NCBI GenBank assembly: GCA_964493665.1
Contig: CAZBOZ010000003.1
Location: forward strand, 1,646 to 65,645
Reading direction: 5' to 3'
DNA from: an uncultured Muribaculaceae bacterium
GTDB lineage: Bacteria > Bacillota_I > Bacilli_A > RF39 > UBA660
DNA length: 64,000 nt
The position numbers and the translations under genes are program-made. The notes under the pieces were generated by a model, which searched no databases, was not told the DNA's origin, and saw nothing but the letters and a program-made list of their open reading frames with translations. Position 1 is the stretch's first letter. Each line of letters starts with the position of its first letter. This document shows, piece after piece, positions 9,164 through 21,549 of this stretch.

Positions 9164-10516
9164 CTATTTCCCCAAGCAAAAGTTACTAAACAATTCGTCT
9201 AGCAATTCATCATTATAGGTTTCCCCTATTATTTCGCCTAATAAATCCCAAGCCTTCTTAATATCGGAAGCCAAAAAGTCTATCGTGTAACTAGAAATGA
9301 TATTTTTAAGGCAAGTATTTATACAATCAAGTGCCTGAGAGACCAGATTTTTTTGCCTGACATTAGAAATATAATTTGGATTCTGTTGAGTTATTTCTTC
9401 TAAATTAAACAGTTCTTTTATTTTCTCTAGCAATTCTCTAAGTCCATTATCAGTAACTGTATTTCCATAAATTATTGGTAAAGAGACATTTTCTAACTCT
9501 ATTTTACTGGCTAAATCGGTTTTATTTATAAAGACCAAGCCTTTTTTATTTCTTGTTTTTTCAATTAATAACTTATCACTTGCCGATAACTTAGTAGCAC
9601 CATCCAAAACCAAGATTATTAAATCTACTTCATCTAGTTTTTTCTCAGCTTTAAGAACACCTATTCTTTCAATTTTATTTTTAGTATTACGAATTCCAGC
9701 TGTATCAATTAAATTAATTTTTATCCCATCTAAAAGGAATGAACCTTCTACAATATCCCTAGTTGTTCCTGGAATTTCTGTAACAATAGACTTCTCCTCA
9801 TCCAGTAAGCGATTTAAAATACTACTTTTACCAACATTAGGACGACCAATTAAAGCAACATTTATACCTGATTTTATTATTTTGCCACTGCTAGTTGTGC
9901 TAAGTAATTCTTGAAGCGTTTTTTTAATCAGTATTAATTCCTTTTTTAAATAGGATTTTGTCACATCAATGGCGTCATCATATTCAGGATAATCCAAATT
10001 AACTTCAATACTTGCTAAAAGTTTTAATATTTTTGCTCTCGCTTGGGTTATTTTCTTAGAAAGTTCACCTTCTAATTGGTTAAGAGAAAGCTTTCTGGCA
10101 TTTTCAGTTTCTGAGGCTAATAAGTCTTGAACAGCTTCTGCCTCTACTAAATCTATTCTACCATTTAAAAAAGCCCTTTTAGTAAATTCTCCTGGTTCTG
10201 CAAGACGACAACCACTTTTTAAAAGGATTTCTAATATTCTTTCAGCTACCGCTATACTTCCATGGCAATTTATTTCTACAACATCTTCAGCAGTATATGT
10301 TTTAGGGCCTTTCATAAGCATGACAAGGACCTCATCAATAGTTTCCTTATTGTAAACTATATGCCCGTAATTAATGCTATGATCCTTTGCTTTTAAAAGA
10401 TTTTGGCCTCCAAAAATTTTGTTAACATTTTTTATCGCTTCTTTGCCACTAACTCTGATGATAGAAACAGCTCCTACTCCTAGAGCTGATGAAATAGCAC
10501 AAATTGTATCACTCAT
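9164..10516 (-). CDS. mnmE: tRNA modification GTPase MnmE (TrmE)
   Basis: G1 motif GRPNVGKSS, DTAG motif and the C-terminal C-x-G-K (FCLGK). Confidence 0.95.
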   Translation of the reverse strand: MSDTICAISSALGVGAVSIIRVSGKEAIKNVNKIFGGQNLLKAKDHSINYGHIVYNKETIDEVLVMLMKGPKTYTAEDVVEINCHGSIAVAERILEILLKSGCRLAEPGEFTKRAFLNGRIDLVEAEAVQDLLASETENARKLSLNQLEGELSKKITQARAKILKLLASIEVNLDYPEYDDAIDVTKSYLKKELILIKKTLQELLSTTSSGKIIKSGINVALIGRPNVGKSSILNRLLDEEKSIVTEIPGTTRDIVEGSFLLDGIKINLIDTAGIRNTKNKIERIGVLKAEKKLDEVDLIILVLDGATKLSASDKLLIEKTRNKKGLVFINKTDLASKIELENVSLPIIYGNTVTDNGLRELLEKIKELFNLEEITQQNPNYISNVRQKNLVSQALDCINTCLKNIISSYTIDFLASDIKKAWDLLGEIIGETYNDELLDELFSNFCLGK

Positions 10517-10541
10517 AAAACCACTTCCCTGTTTCGGGCAT

Positions 10542-10570
10542 ATTATAACACGAAATTATTTCCCGGGAAA
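10542..10570 (-). promoter_or_regulatory. candidate extended -10 promoter of the mnmE-mnmG-rsmG-noc gene string
   Basis: Minus strand reads TGTTATAAT (TGnTATAAT) with the -10 hexamer at 10542-10547. The -35 position (10565-10570, TTTCCC) is poor and falls inside the NBS palindrome. Confidence 0.4.
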
Positions 10571-10571
10571 T
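10558..10571. promoter_or_regulatory. Noc-binding-site-type palindrome ATTTCCCGGGAAAT (within the 22-nt palindrome 10554-10575)
   Basis: Exact match to the published B. subtilis NBS consensus ATTTCCCGGGAAAT. The flanks extend the palindrome to AATTATTTCCCGGGAAATAATT. Confidence 0.6.
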
Positions 10572-10589
10572 AATTATTTAAAAAGAAGA

Positions 10590-11204
10590 CTATTTGTCTT
10601 CTTTTATTTTAATTACCACTGAACGATTTGGCTCCTCGCCTTCACTTAAAGTATATATTCCCTTAAAATCAGTTAAAACATTATGAACTATTCTTCTCTC
10701 ATAGGAATTCATACTATCAAGTCTAGCTTCCACTTTTGTTCTCAACACTTCCCTAGCTGTATCTTTAGCTAATCTTTCAATTCTTTTTTCTTGCTTCTCT
10801 TTGTAGTTTTCAACATCTAATATTAATATTGGATAAATTCCGATTTTATTATTAATTACCGATTTCATTATATTTTGAAGTGACTCTAACGTTTGCCCAT
10901 TTTTACCAATTAAAATTGGATTGTTATTAGAATACATTTTTATATATAATTGCTTTTCTCTAATACGGCTTTCAAACGAAACTTCTATTCCCATATCATC
11001 TAAAAGGGTTTTTAAGTACTCTTTAATAAAATTTTCAATTTCTGAAATAGATATTACTTTTATTTTAGCTGATGCCGCTTTAAACAGTTTACCTTTTACT
11101 TCCTCAGTGTTATACAAGACTTCTTCTTCGCTTACTTTTAAAGCTTTTAAGGCTTTTTCTAAAGCTTCTGTTTCACTTTTTCCCTCATATATTTTTGCTT
11201 CCAT
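10590..11204 (-). CDS. jag: Jag/KhpB RNA-binding protein (KH + R3H domains)
   Basis: R3H motif (SYERRIVHNVL) and a KH-like middle region. Sits in the conserved yidC-jag pairing. Confidence 0.85.
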   Translation of the reverse strand: MEAKIYEGKSETEALEKALKALKVSEEEVLYNTEEVKGKLFKAASAKIKVISISEIENFIKEYLKTLLDDMGIEVSFESRIREKQLYIKMYSNNNPILIGKNGQTLESLQNIMKSVINNKIGIYPILILDVENYKEKQEKRIERLAKDTAREVLRTKVEARLDSMNSYERRIVHNVLTDFKGIYTLSEGEEPNRSVVIKIKEDK

Positions 11205-11205
11205 A

Positions 11206-12147
11206 CTATACCTTCTTTCTTTTCATTATTATGTTTTGAACAACTGTTAAGGCATTAGTTGTTATCCAATATAGAGCAATAGCCGCCGGTAATGTCAAAG
11301 ATGCCACTGAGATCATAACAAGCATTACTTTGGACATTAATTGGCTTTGCTTTTGAGTGTCAGCTCCACCCATTCCAGAGCTTGCCTGCATAGTGTTTTT
11401 CAACGAAAAATATGTAGTAGCAATTATTAATATTATTAATATTATGTATAAATAATTACCATTCCCTATTCCAACTATTGGATTAGTGCCTAATTGTAAG
11501 CCTAGCAATTTTTCTTCAAAAATAGCTGGCACTCTATTTATAGCTTCAAGAAAAGCAAAGAATATTGGTAATTGAATGAACGCCAGCAAACACCCCGTTA
11601 ATGGATTAATATTGTATTTTTTATATATTGCCATAGTTTCTTGGCTTTTTAGCATCATCGCTTCTTTATCGTTTTTGTCTTTATATTTCTTTTCTAATTT
11701 AGCTATCTCCGGTTGAGCCTTTTTCATATTTTCACTTTGATTAATTGAGCCTTTAGAAAGCGGCAACATTGCTATTCTTATGACAAGACCGACTAGCATA
11801 ACTGATAACCCATAATTTTTTAAGAAGTTGCCAATTTTTAATATTAGCCATGCTAAAGGCTTTACAAATCCTGATTCCCAAAGACTTACATATTTTATAT
11901 CACTGCTCTTAAAAGCATCACAAGCTGGTAAATCTGCAAGTTTTACTGTCATTTTAGTCTCGTTATCAGAATATAGCTTTAAAATATCTGCATTAGTTGG
12001 TTTGCATAAAATATTTGATGGTAATATTTGCCCAGTTGCTTCATATTTAATTCTTTCATTTTGGTCATTTTGCATATATTTAGTGCATCCTGTTGTAGAT
12101 AGTACCAATAGTAGCAAAATAACTAATAATTTATATTTTTTTTTCAT
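11206..12147 (-). CDS. yidC: membrane protein insertase YidC/OxaA (lipoprotein type)
   Basis: Start chosen at MKKKYKLLVILLLLVLSTTGC (lipobox). This ATG overlaps the rnpA stop as ATGA. Multi-TM 60-kDa-IMP core (PLSKGSINQSENMKKAQPEI...). Confidence 0.9.
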   Translation of the reverse strand: MKKKYKLLVILLLLVLSTTGCTKYMQNDQNERIKYEATGQILPSNILCKPTNADILKLYSDNETKMTVKLADLPACDAFKSSDIKYVSLWESGFVKPLAWLILKIGNFLKNYGLSVMLVGLVIRIAMLPLSKGSINQSENMKKAQPEIAKLEKKYKDKNDKEAMMLKSQETMAIYKKYNINPLTGCLLAFIQLPIFFAFLEAINRVPAIFEEKLLGLQLGTNPIVGIGNGNYLYIILIILIIATTYFSLKNTMQASSGMGGADTQKQSQLMSKVMLVMISVASLTLPAAIALYWITTNALTVVQNIIMKRKKV

Positions 12148-12473
12148 TGGATCTCCTTTTTGCAAGCATTTAATAAACTTTCTTCTAACTCTTGATAAGT
12201 TAGTCCTATGCATGCCTTCCTTAACATTATAATATAATCGTACCCATTTTGAAACACTATTTTGTTTTTATCGATTATGTTCTTTGCTCTTCTTTTATAT
12301 TTATTTCTTATAACCGCATTACCAATTTTTGTACCAACAGCTATTCCAAAGCGAGGATAGATTAAATTATTTTCTTTAAAAAAGACATACCAAAATTTAT
12401 TGCTTATCTTTTTACCAGAAAGTATTATATTATTAAAATCTTGTTCTTTTTTTACTATCTCTACTTTTTTCAT
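12144..12473 (-). CDS. rnpA: ribonuclease P protein component
   Basis: 109 aa and basic. Has the RNR-like motif (AVIRNKYKRRAK) and sits next to yidC and oriC. Confidence 0.9.
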   Translation of the reverse strand: MKKVEIVKKEQDFNNIILSGKKISNKFWYVFFKENNLIYPRFGIAVGTKIGNAVIRNKYKRRAKNIIDKNKIVFQNGYDYIIMLRKACIGLTYQELEESLLNACKKEIQ

Positions 12474-12508
12474 CTTAATTCTTTCTAAAAAACCACTTTA
12501 AAAAGTGA

Positions 12509-12806
12509 TGTTTATAACAATGTTAATAACTTTTAAATACTCTTTCATTATATATATAGCCTATTTATAAGTCAAGTTATGAACAGGATGTGGATAACTT
12601 ATAATTTATTTGTTAACAATGTTAATATAACTTTTGTTAATATTGTTGATAACTTTATTTTTTTGCGCTATTATAGTAACTAAATTTAAATTTTATTGTG
12701 AATAACCTGTTGATAATTATTTTTCTGTTTAATTGCTCTTCACTTTTAAATTTTATTAAGTTACAATTAAAACAAGTAGAAGACTGTGAGGTGATATTGT
12801 GGATAA
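12509..12806. promoter_or_regulatory. oriC left part / dnaA upstream DnaA-box cluster
   Basis: Two perfect TGTGGATAA boxes at 12589-12597 and 12798-12806; the second contains the dnaA GTG start. One-mismatch boxes at 12644-12652 (TGTTGATAA), 12697-12705 (TGTGAATAA) and 12708-12716 (TGTTGATAA). Two-mismatch boxes at 12509-12517 and 12521-12529. All are in the same orientation. Confidence 0.8.
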
Positions 12807-14157
12807 AAGCTCTTTATGGAAGCAAATATTAGATGATATTAGCAAAGATTTATCACCAATGTCATTTAACACATGGTTTAAAGACACTGTCTTAATTAGT
12901 TTAGAAAATGATAAAGCCAAGATAAAAGTACCAATGCAAATACATAAAAAATTGCTTGGTGAAAACTACTATGAATTGATTGAAAATCTCTTTGTTAGTA
13001 AAACAAGTCATAATTATGAATTAGAGTTTTTAAGTCAAGATGAATTTGAAAATAAAGAAGAAATTTTAGAAATAAAAGAAGAATTAAAAGAAAATGCAAG
13101 CCCTAAAATATACAACTCTAATTTGATTACTAAATATACTTTTGATAATTTTATAATAGGGGAATCAAATAAATTTGCCCATACTGCCGCTTTAGCAGTT
13201 GCCCAAAACCCTGGCAAAGTTTATAACCCACTTTTTATTCATGGTAAAAGCGGACTGGGTAAAACCCATTTAATGCACGCTATCGGTAATTATGTAGTTA
13301 ACAACCTTAAAAAAACAGCTTTATACATAACAAGTGAAGATTTTATAAGTGATTTTACTAGTTTAAGTAATCCTAATGGCTCAAATAACTTTGATTATGC
13401 CGAAAGATTCAAAGAAAAATACCGTAATGTAGACGTTCTATTAATTGATGATATTCAGTTTTTAGCAGGAGCAGAGAAGACTCAAAGAGAATTTTTCCAT
13501 ACTTTCAACGCTTTGCACTCAGCTAATAAACAAATAGTTATTAGTTCTGACCGTTCTCCTGATGAATTAAAGGTATTAGAAGAAAGACTTAGAACAAGAT
13601 TTGCTTGGGGACTTACAGTTGATATATATCCGCCCGATATAGAACTTAAAAATAGGATTCTCAAAAACAAAATAATAGGCCATCAAGTAGCTAAAATGAT
13701 TGATGAAGATGTGATTGATTTTATGGCTAATTCTTGTGAAAATGACGTTAGACACCTAGAAGGAGCAATAACTAGATTATATGCTTATGCAGCTATTAAT
13801 AATACTCCTAAAATAGATTTAGAATTTGCTCAAGAGGCTTTAAAAGATTTTGTTAATAAATCCATTTATTTTAAAAATGATATTTCTAGGATTCAAAGCG
13901 CTGTTTGTGATTTCTATAAACTTAGTTTAGAAGATTTAAAAAGCAAAAAACGCAGTAATAATATTGCTTATCCTAGACAAATTGGGATGTATTTAAGTAG
14001 AATAATGACTGATGAATCATTACAAAAAATAGGGTTAGAATTTGGGAATAGAGATCATTCTACAGTTCTTCATGCTTATGAAAAAATTATTAAAGATTTA
14101 ATTAACAACAATGAATTGAACAAAATTATTAGTGATATAAAAGATAAAGTTGTTTAG
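12799..14157 (+). CDS. dnaA: chromosomal replication initiator protein DnaA
   Basis: GTG start after a GAGGTGA RBS. Has Walker A (GKSGLGKTHL), Walker B (LLIDDIQFL) and the C-terminal DnaA-box-binding domain (RDHSTVLHAYEKI). Confidence 0.97.
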   Translation: MDKSSLWKQILDDISKDLSPMSFNTWFKDTVLISLENDKAKIKVPMQIHKKLLGENYYELIENLFVSKTSHNYELEFLSQDEFENKEEILEIKEELKENASPKIYNSNLITKYTFDNFIIGESNKFAHTAALAVAQNPGKVYNPLFIHGKSGLGKTHLMHAIGNYVVNNLKKTALYITSEDFISDFTSLSNPNGSNNFDYAERFKEKYRNVDVLLIDDIQFLAGAEKTQREFFHTFNALHSANKQIVISSDRSPDELKVLEERLRTRFAWGLTVDIYPPDIELKNRILKNKIIGHQVAKMIDEDVIDFMANSCENDVRHLEGAITRLYAYAAINNTPKIDLEFAQEALKDFVNKSIYFKNDISRIQSAVCDFYKLSLEDLKSKKRSNNIAYPRQIGMYLSRIMTDESLQKIGLEFGNRDHSTVLHAYEKIIKDLINNNELNKIISDIKDKVV

Positions 14158-14186
14158 TTGTTAATAATATAAATTAAAGGGTGTAA

Positions 14187-14280
14187 TTATTAACAAGTTA
14201 AAATTATAAAATTATTAACAATTTAGAGGTATAATTAAGTTATCAACAATATTAACATTATTATAATTATTATATAAAAA
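14187..14280. promoter_or_regulatory. oriC right part (dnaA-dnaN spacer): inverted-orientation DnaA boxes plus an AT-rich candidate unwinding region
   Basis: TTATCAACA at 14240-14248 has 1 mismatch. TTATTAACA at 14187-14195 and 14212-14220 has 2 mismatches. These are followed by the 3-nt periodic run ATT ATT ATA ATT ATT ATA (14257-14274) and an A-tract. Confidence 0.6.
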
Positions 14281-14295
14281 GAAAGAAGGAATAAT

Positions 14296-15414
14296 ATGAA
14301 ATTTACTATTTCAAAAAATCTATTATTAGAAAATTTAGGATATGTAACAAAAGCTATTTCAACTAAAAATATAATACCTATTCTAAATGGGATTAAGTTT
14401 AATTTAACAGAGGAAGGATTATATTTAGAAGCTACTGATTCAGAATTAACAATTCAAACTTTTATAGAAAAAAAGAAGATTAAAAATATTGAAACAACAG
14501 GACTTATAATTATTCAAAGTAAATATTTAATAGATATAATTAGAAAGATGCCCGAAGAAGATATTAATATTGAAGTAATAGATGGTTTAAAAATAAAAAT
14601 TTATACTAAAAAAAATCAATATTCATTAAATTGTTTAGATCCTAAGGAATATCCCAAATTTAAGATAGAAAGTAGTAAAATAATTTTTACTTTAGAATCA
14701 GATATTTTAAAAAATATTATTAATCAAACTTCTTTTGCTATATCAACCCAAGAATCAAGACCATTATTAACAGGCATTAATTTAAAAATAATAGGTAATA
14801 TATTAGAATTAACAGCTACTGATTCTTATCGCTTAGCTAAAAAAAGCATTTTATTAAAAGATACTATGAACGAAGAAATAAATATAGTTATTCCAGGAAA
14901 AAATCTGGTAGAATTTGATAAAATACTAACTGATAATAAATCAGTAGAAATAAATATATTTGCTAATAAAATATTATTTAAATATGATAACATTTTATTT
15001 CAATCTAATTTATTAAACGGTACATATCCTAATACTTCTAGTTTAATTCCTACAGATTTTGAATTAATAATAGATGTTGATTTAAATGATTATTATGATG
15101 CTATTGATAGAGCGGCTTTGTTAACTCAAAACAAAGATAAAAACATTGTTAAAATGGAAATCTTTAATAATGATATGAAAATAAGTTCTTATGCTTCAGA
15201 GATAGGAAAAGTAGAAGAAAATATTAGTATTAAAAAGAACAATAAAAATAATTTAGAAATATCTTTTAGTGCTAGATATATGTTAGAGGCCTTAAGAACC
15301 ATTAAAGAAGAAAAGATTTTAATCTTACTAAATACCGATATAAAACCAATTATTATAAAGTCTATTAAAGACGAATCATTAATTCAATTAATTTTACCGA
15401 TTAAGACTTATTAA
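14296..15414 (+). CDS. dnaN: DNA polymerase III beta sliding clamp
   Basis: 372 aa, begins MKFTISKNLLLENL. Three-domain clamp length and dnaA-dnaN synteny. Confidence 0.95.
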   Translation: MKFTISKNLLLENLGYVTKAISTKNIIPILNGIKFNLTEEGLYLEATDSELTIQTFIEKKKIKNIETTGLIIIQSKYLIDIIRKMPEEDINIEVIDGLKIKIYTKKNQYSLNCLDPKEYPKFKIESSKIIFTLESDILKNIINQTSFAISTQESRPLLTGINLKIIGNILELTATDSYRLAKKSILLKDTMNEEINIVIPGKNLVEFDKILTDNKSVEINIFANKILFKYDNILFQSNLLNGTYPNTSSLIPTDFELIIDVDLNDYYDAIDRAALLTQNKDKNIVKMEIFNNDMKISSYASEIGKVEENISIKKNNKNNLEISFSARYMLEALRTIKEEKILILLNTDIKPIIIKSIKDESLIQLILPIKTY

Positions 15415-15437
15415 AAACAACTTAAAGTTGTTTTTTT
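15414..15437 (+). terminator. candidate intrinsic terminator after dnaN
   Basis: AAAACAACTT-AA-AGTTGTTTT hairpin followed by a T-run. The stem is AT-rich, so support is moderate. Confidence 0.45.
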
Positions 15438-15519
15438 ATTTTAAAACTAAAATTCGCCATAAATCGTCTTTTAAAAATGCTTTAATAAAAGGCAAATTTA
15501 AAAGAAGGAGGTGGATTTG

Positions 15520-15969
15520 ATGAACGAATATGAAGTTAATTCTAAAACACTGGCGATTGTTTCATTGTCTTCTCAAAAATCAAAAATATACGAAGACTCT
15601 AATATATTTGTTGTTAATAAGTCAGCTACTAAGATAATGGAAGATAGCTGTCAATTTTTTGGAAGTTCTTTGTTGGGGCGTCAGAAGGGAACAAATAATT
15701 TAATAGGAGTTACCCATAAGGCTCCAATAATAGTAGAAGAAAGTAGAGAAATAATCTTTTTTCCGACTTTATCCCCAAGAAAAAACTCTTGTTCCTGGAT
15801 AGCTTTAAAGAATATTGCTAGTTATTATGACAAAGATCAGAATGTTTATATTAAATTTAAAAATAATGTTCAACTAGAATTAGACATTTCTTATGGAGTG
15901 GTAGACAATCAAGTTTTAAGAGCTACGAGATTAGAATCAGTATTAAGAAACAGAAAAATGGAAAAATAG
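15520..15969 (+). CDS. comK: ComK-family competence transcription factor homolog
   Basis: Start moved to the ATG 9 nt after the GGAGG RBS. Motifs shared with B. subtilis ComK as I recall it: YEVN..T.A, SC.FFGSS..GR..GT, HK.PI.V, FPT.S......W, ISY....NQV.R. Short at 149 aa. Confidence 0.7.
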   Translation: MNEYEVNSKTLAIVSLSSQKSKIYEDSNIFVVNKSATKIMEDSCQFFGSSLLGRQKGTNNLIGVTHKAPIIVEESREIIFFPTLSPRKNSCSWIALKNIASYYDKDQNVYIKFKNNVQLELDISYGVVDNQVLRATRLESVLRNRKMEK

Positions 15970-16067
15970 CTGTTTTTTTTACCAAATAATGATATAATAT
16001 ATTTGTGTGTATGGGGATACAACAAATATATTACTTTTTATTATTTGATAGTTTAAGAGGCTTAAAT

Positions 16068-19071
<3,004 letters not shown>

Positions 19072-19085
19072 GGGAGGAATTAAAG

Positions 19086-21503
19086 ATGGATAAACTACAA
19101 AATAGTAATATAGTTAAAGAAATGCAAAAATCATTTTTGGAATATTCTATGAGCGTTATTATATCAAGAGCTATTCCTGATTTAAGAGATGGTTTAAAAC
19201 CTGTTCATAGACGTATACTATATACTATGCTAGAATCTGGGTTTACTCCCGATAAAGGCTATGTAAAATGCGCTAAAACAGTTGGAGCCGTAATTGGTAA
19301 TTACCATCCTCATGGCGATACAGCAGTATATGATGCTATGGTTAGAATGGCTCAAGACTTTAGTTACCGTCATCCATTGATAGATGGTCACGGGAACTTT
19401 GGAGCTATAGATGGCAGTACTGCAGCTGCTTATCGTTATACAGAATCAAGAATATCTAAAATAGCTATGGAAATACTTAGAGATATAAACAAGAACACTG
19501 TTGATTTTGATGATAATTTCGACGCTACAAGAAAAGAACCTGCTGTTTTACCAAGTAGATTTCCTAATATTATAGTTAATGGGACTATGGGAATAGCTGT
19601 TGGTATGGCGACAAATATTCCTCCTCATAATTTGGGCGAAGTAATAGATGGCTGTGTGGCCTATATTGATAATCCGGAAATTGATACCCTGGGGTTAATG
19701 CAACACATAAAAGGCCCAGATTTTCCTACGGGAGGATCGATATTAGGTAATAGTGGTATTAAGAAAGCTTATGATACTGGCAAAGGGTCAATAACTATTA
19801 GAGGAAAAGTAAATACTATAGAAAAAAATGGCAGGTATGAGCTTGTCATAACTGAAGTACCTTATCAAGTAAATACAACCGCTCTGATAACTAAAATCGC
19901 TGAGTTAGTTAGAGATAAAATTATTGATGGCATCGCTGATCTTCGTGAAGAAACATCTTTTAAAGATGGCATGAAAATTGTGATAGAGCTAAAAAAAGAT
20001 GCTAATCCAGGAGTGGTATTAAATAATCTATATAAACATACCCAATTGCAATCTTCTTTTGGTATAAATATGTTGATGTTATACCAAGGGAAACCAGTTA
20101 CTTTGGGCTTAAAAGAGATTATTAGAAACTATATAGATTTCCAAAAAGAAGTTATTTATAGAAGAACCGAGTTTGATTTAGATAAAGCTATCAAAAGAGC
20201 CCATATTTTAGAGGGTTTAAAGATCGCTTTAGATCATATTGATGAGGTTATAAAGATAATAAAAGAAGCCAAAACTGATATTGTAGCTAAAGAAAAATTA
20301 ACTAGTAGATTCGGTTTAGATGATGCTCAAACCGAGGCAATATTAGAAATGAAGTTAAGAAAATTAACCGGTCTAGAAAAAGAAAAAGTAATAGAAGAGT
20401 TAGAGGCGTTGCTGAAACTTATTGATGAGTTAAAATCAATACTAGCAAGTGAAGCAAAAGTTCTAACGATAATAAAAGAAGAAATGTTAGAAATAAAGCA
20501 AAAGTATGCCAACGAAAGAAAGACTACCATTGATATGACATCTATTGAATATATTGAAGATGAATCTTTGATCCCTGAAGAAGAAATTATTATAACCTTA
20601 ACAAATAAAGGGTATATAAAAAGATTGGCTGCTGACGCTTATAAAACTCAAAATAGAGGCGGAGTTGGAGTGAAGGGCATAACCACTAACGAAGAGGACT
20701 TTGTAGAGCATCTAGTTAATCTCTCAACTCACGATTACCTATTGTGTTTTACTAATAAAGGCAAAGTATATCGACTAAAAGGATACGAGATTCCAGAATT
20801 TGGCAAGCAAGCCAAAGGTTTACCAATTGTAAATTTGCTGCAAATAGATAAAGACGAGTGCATAAACTCAATTATCAAGTTATCTAAAGATAACGATTAT
20901 AATTATTTGCTATTTGCTACCAAAAAAGGAATAGTAAAAAGAACAAAAATAGCTGATTTTGATAATATAAGAGCTACTGGCAAGATTTGCATTAGCTTAA
21001 AAGAGGCTGATGAACTAATTGCGGTGAGAAAAACAACTGGAACTGATGAAGTTTTGCTTGGATCATCTTTAGGCAGAATGGCTAAGTTTAACGAAAACGA
21101 TGTAAGAGTTATGGGTAGAACTGCCGGTGGAGTAAGGGGAATAAACCTAGGCCTAGCAGAATGTATAGGAGCGGAGGTTGCAAATAGCAAACAAAGCGTT
21201 CTAATAGTTACCCAAAATGGCTACGGGAAGAAAACTCCGGTCAGTGAGTATAGACTTTCTAAAAGAGGCAGCAAAGGAGTAAAAGCTTTAAGCATAACTG
21301 AAAAAAATGGTCCAATATCATCATTTAAAATAGTTAGAGAAGATGCTGATATTATGATTATAACTGATTTTGGAACTGTAATAAGGCTTCCGCTGGAGCA
21401 AATATCTGAACTAGGAAGAGTTACTCAAGGAGTAAGATTAATAAATTTAAAAGAAAATCAAAAAGTTTCCACAATTAGTATAGTTGATAAAACTGACGAA
21501 TAA
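19086..21503 (+). CDS. gyrA: DNA gyrase subunit A
   Basis: QRDR region ([13 protein letters not shown]), active-site AAYRYTE and C-terminal beta-pinwheel repeats. 805 aa. Confidence 0.97.
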   Translation: MDKLQNSNIVKEMQKSFLEYSMSVIISRAIPDLRDGLKPVHRRILYTMLESGFTPDKGYVKCAKTVGAVIGNYHPHGDTAVYDAMVRMAQDFSYRHPLIDGHGNFGAIDGSTAAAYRYTESRISKIAMEILRDINKNTVDFDDNFDATRKEPAVLPSRFPNIIVNGTMGIAVGMATNIPPHNLGEVIDGCVAYIDNPEIDTLGLMQHIKGPDFPTGGSILGNSGIKKAYDTGKGSITIRGKVNTIEKNGRYELVITEVPYQVNTTALITKIAELVRDKIIDGIADLREETSFKDGMKIVIELKKDANPGVVLNNLYKHTQLQSSFGINMLMLYQGKPVTLGLKEIIRNYIDFQKEVIYRRTEFDLDKAIKRAHILEGLKIALDHIDEVIKIIKEAKTDIVAKEKLTSRFGLDDAQTEAILEMKLRKLTGLEKEKVIEELEALLKLIDELKSILASEAKVLTIIKEEMLEIKQKYANERKTTIDMTSIEYIEDESLIPEEEIIITLTNKGYIKRLAADAYKTQNRGGVGVKGITTNEEDFVEHLVNLSTHDYLLCFTNKGKVYRLKGYEIPEFGKQAKGLPIVNLLQIDKDECINSIIKLSKDNDYNYLLFATKKGIVKRTKIADFDNIRATGKICISLKEADELIAVRKTTGTDEVLLGSSLGRMAKFNENDVRVMGRTAGGVRGINLGLAECIGAEVANSKQSVLIVTQNGYGKKTPVSEYRLSKRGSKGVKALSITEKNGPISSFKIVREDADIMIITDFGTVIRLPLEQISELGRVTQGVRLINLKENQKVSTISIVDKTDE

Positions 21504-21505
21504 TT

Positions 21506-21538
21506 AAAACAATGTTTCACGTGAAACATTGTTTTTTT
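21506..21538 (+). terminator. gyrA terminator hairpin formed by the 30-nt perfect palindrome that contains parS-1
   Basis: AAAACAATGTTTCAC|GTGAAACATTGTTTT is followed by further T residues and begins 3 nt after the gyrA stop. Confidence 0.6.
21513..21528. promoter_or_regulatory. parS site 1 (TGTTTCACGTGAAACA)
   Basis: Perfect 16-bp palindromic match to the Firmicute parS consensus TGTTNCACGTGAAACA. Confidence 0.8.
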
Positions 21539-21549
21539 GTTCGCAAATT

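Noticed and set aside
12474-12560. Search for rpmH or any small gene between rnpA and dnaA (short ORF MKEYLKVINIVINITF on the minus strand)
   Set aside because: It is not Arg/Lys-rich like L34, has no RBS, and overlaps DnaA-box-like repeats. I treated it as non-coding oriC sequence.
16005-16067. Upstream-extended starts given in the ORF track (recF at 16005, yidC at 12213, spoVG at 32438, comK-like at 15511, rpsJ at 53494, rplC at 53812, rplP at 57678, rpmC at 58090, rpsQ at 58295, rplX at 58951, rplO at 61832)
   Set aside because: In each case a downstream ATG has a properly spaced Shine-Dalgarno sequence and yields the conserved family N-terminus. The upstream start either overlaps the RBS itself or adds non-conserved residues.
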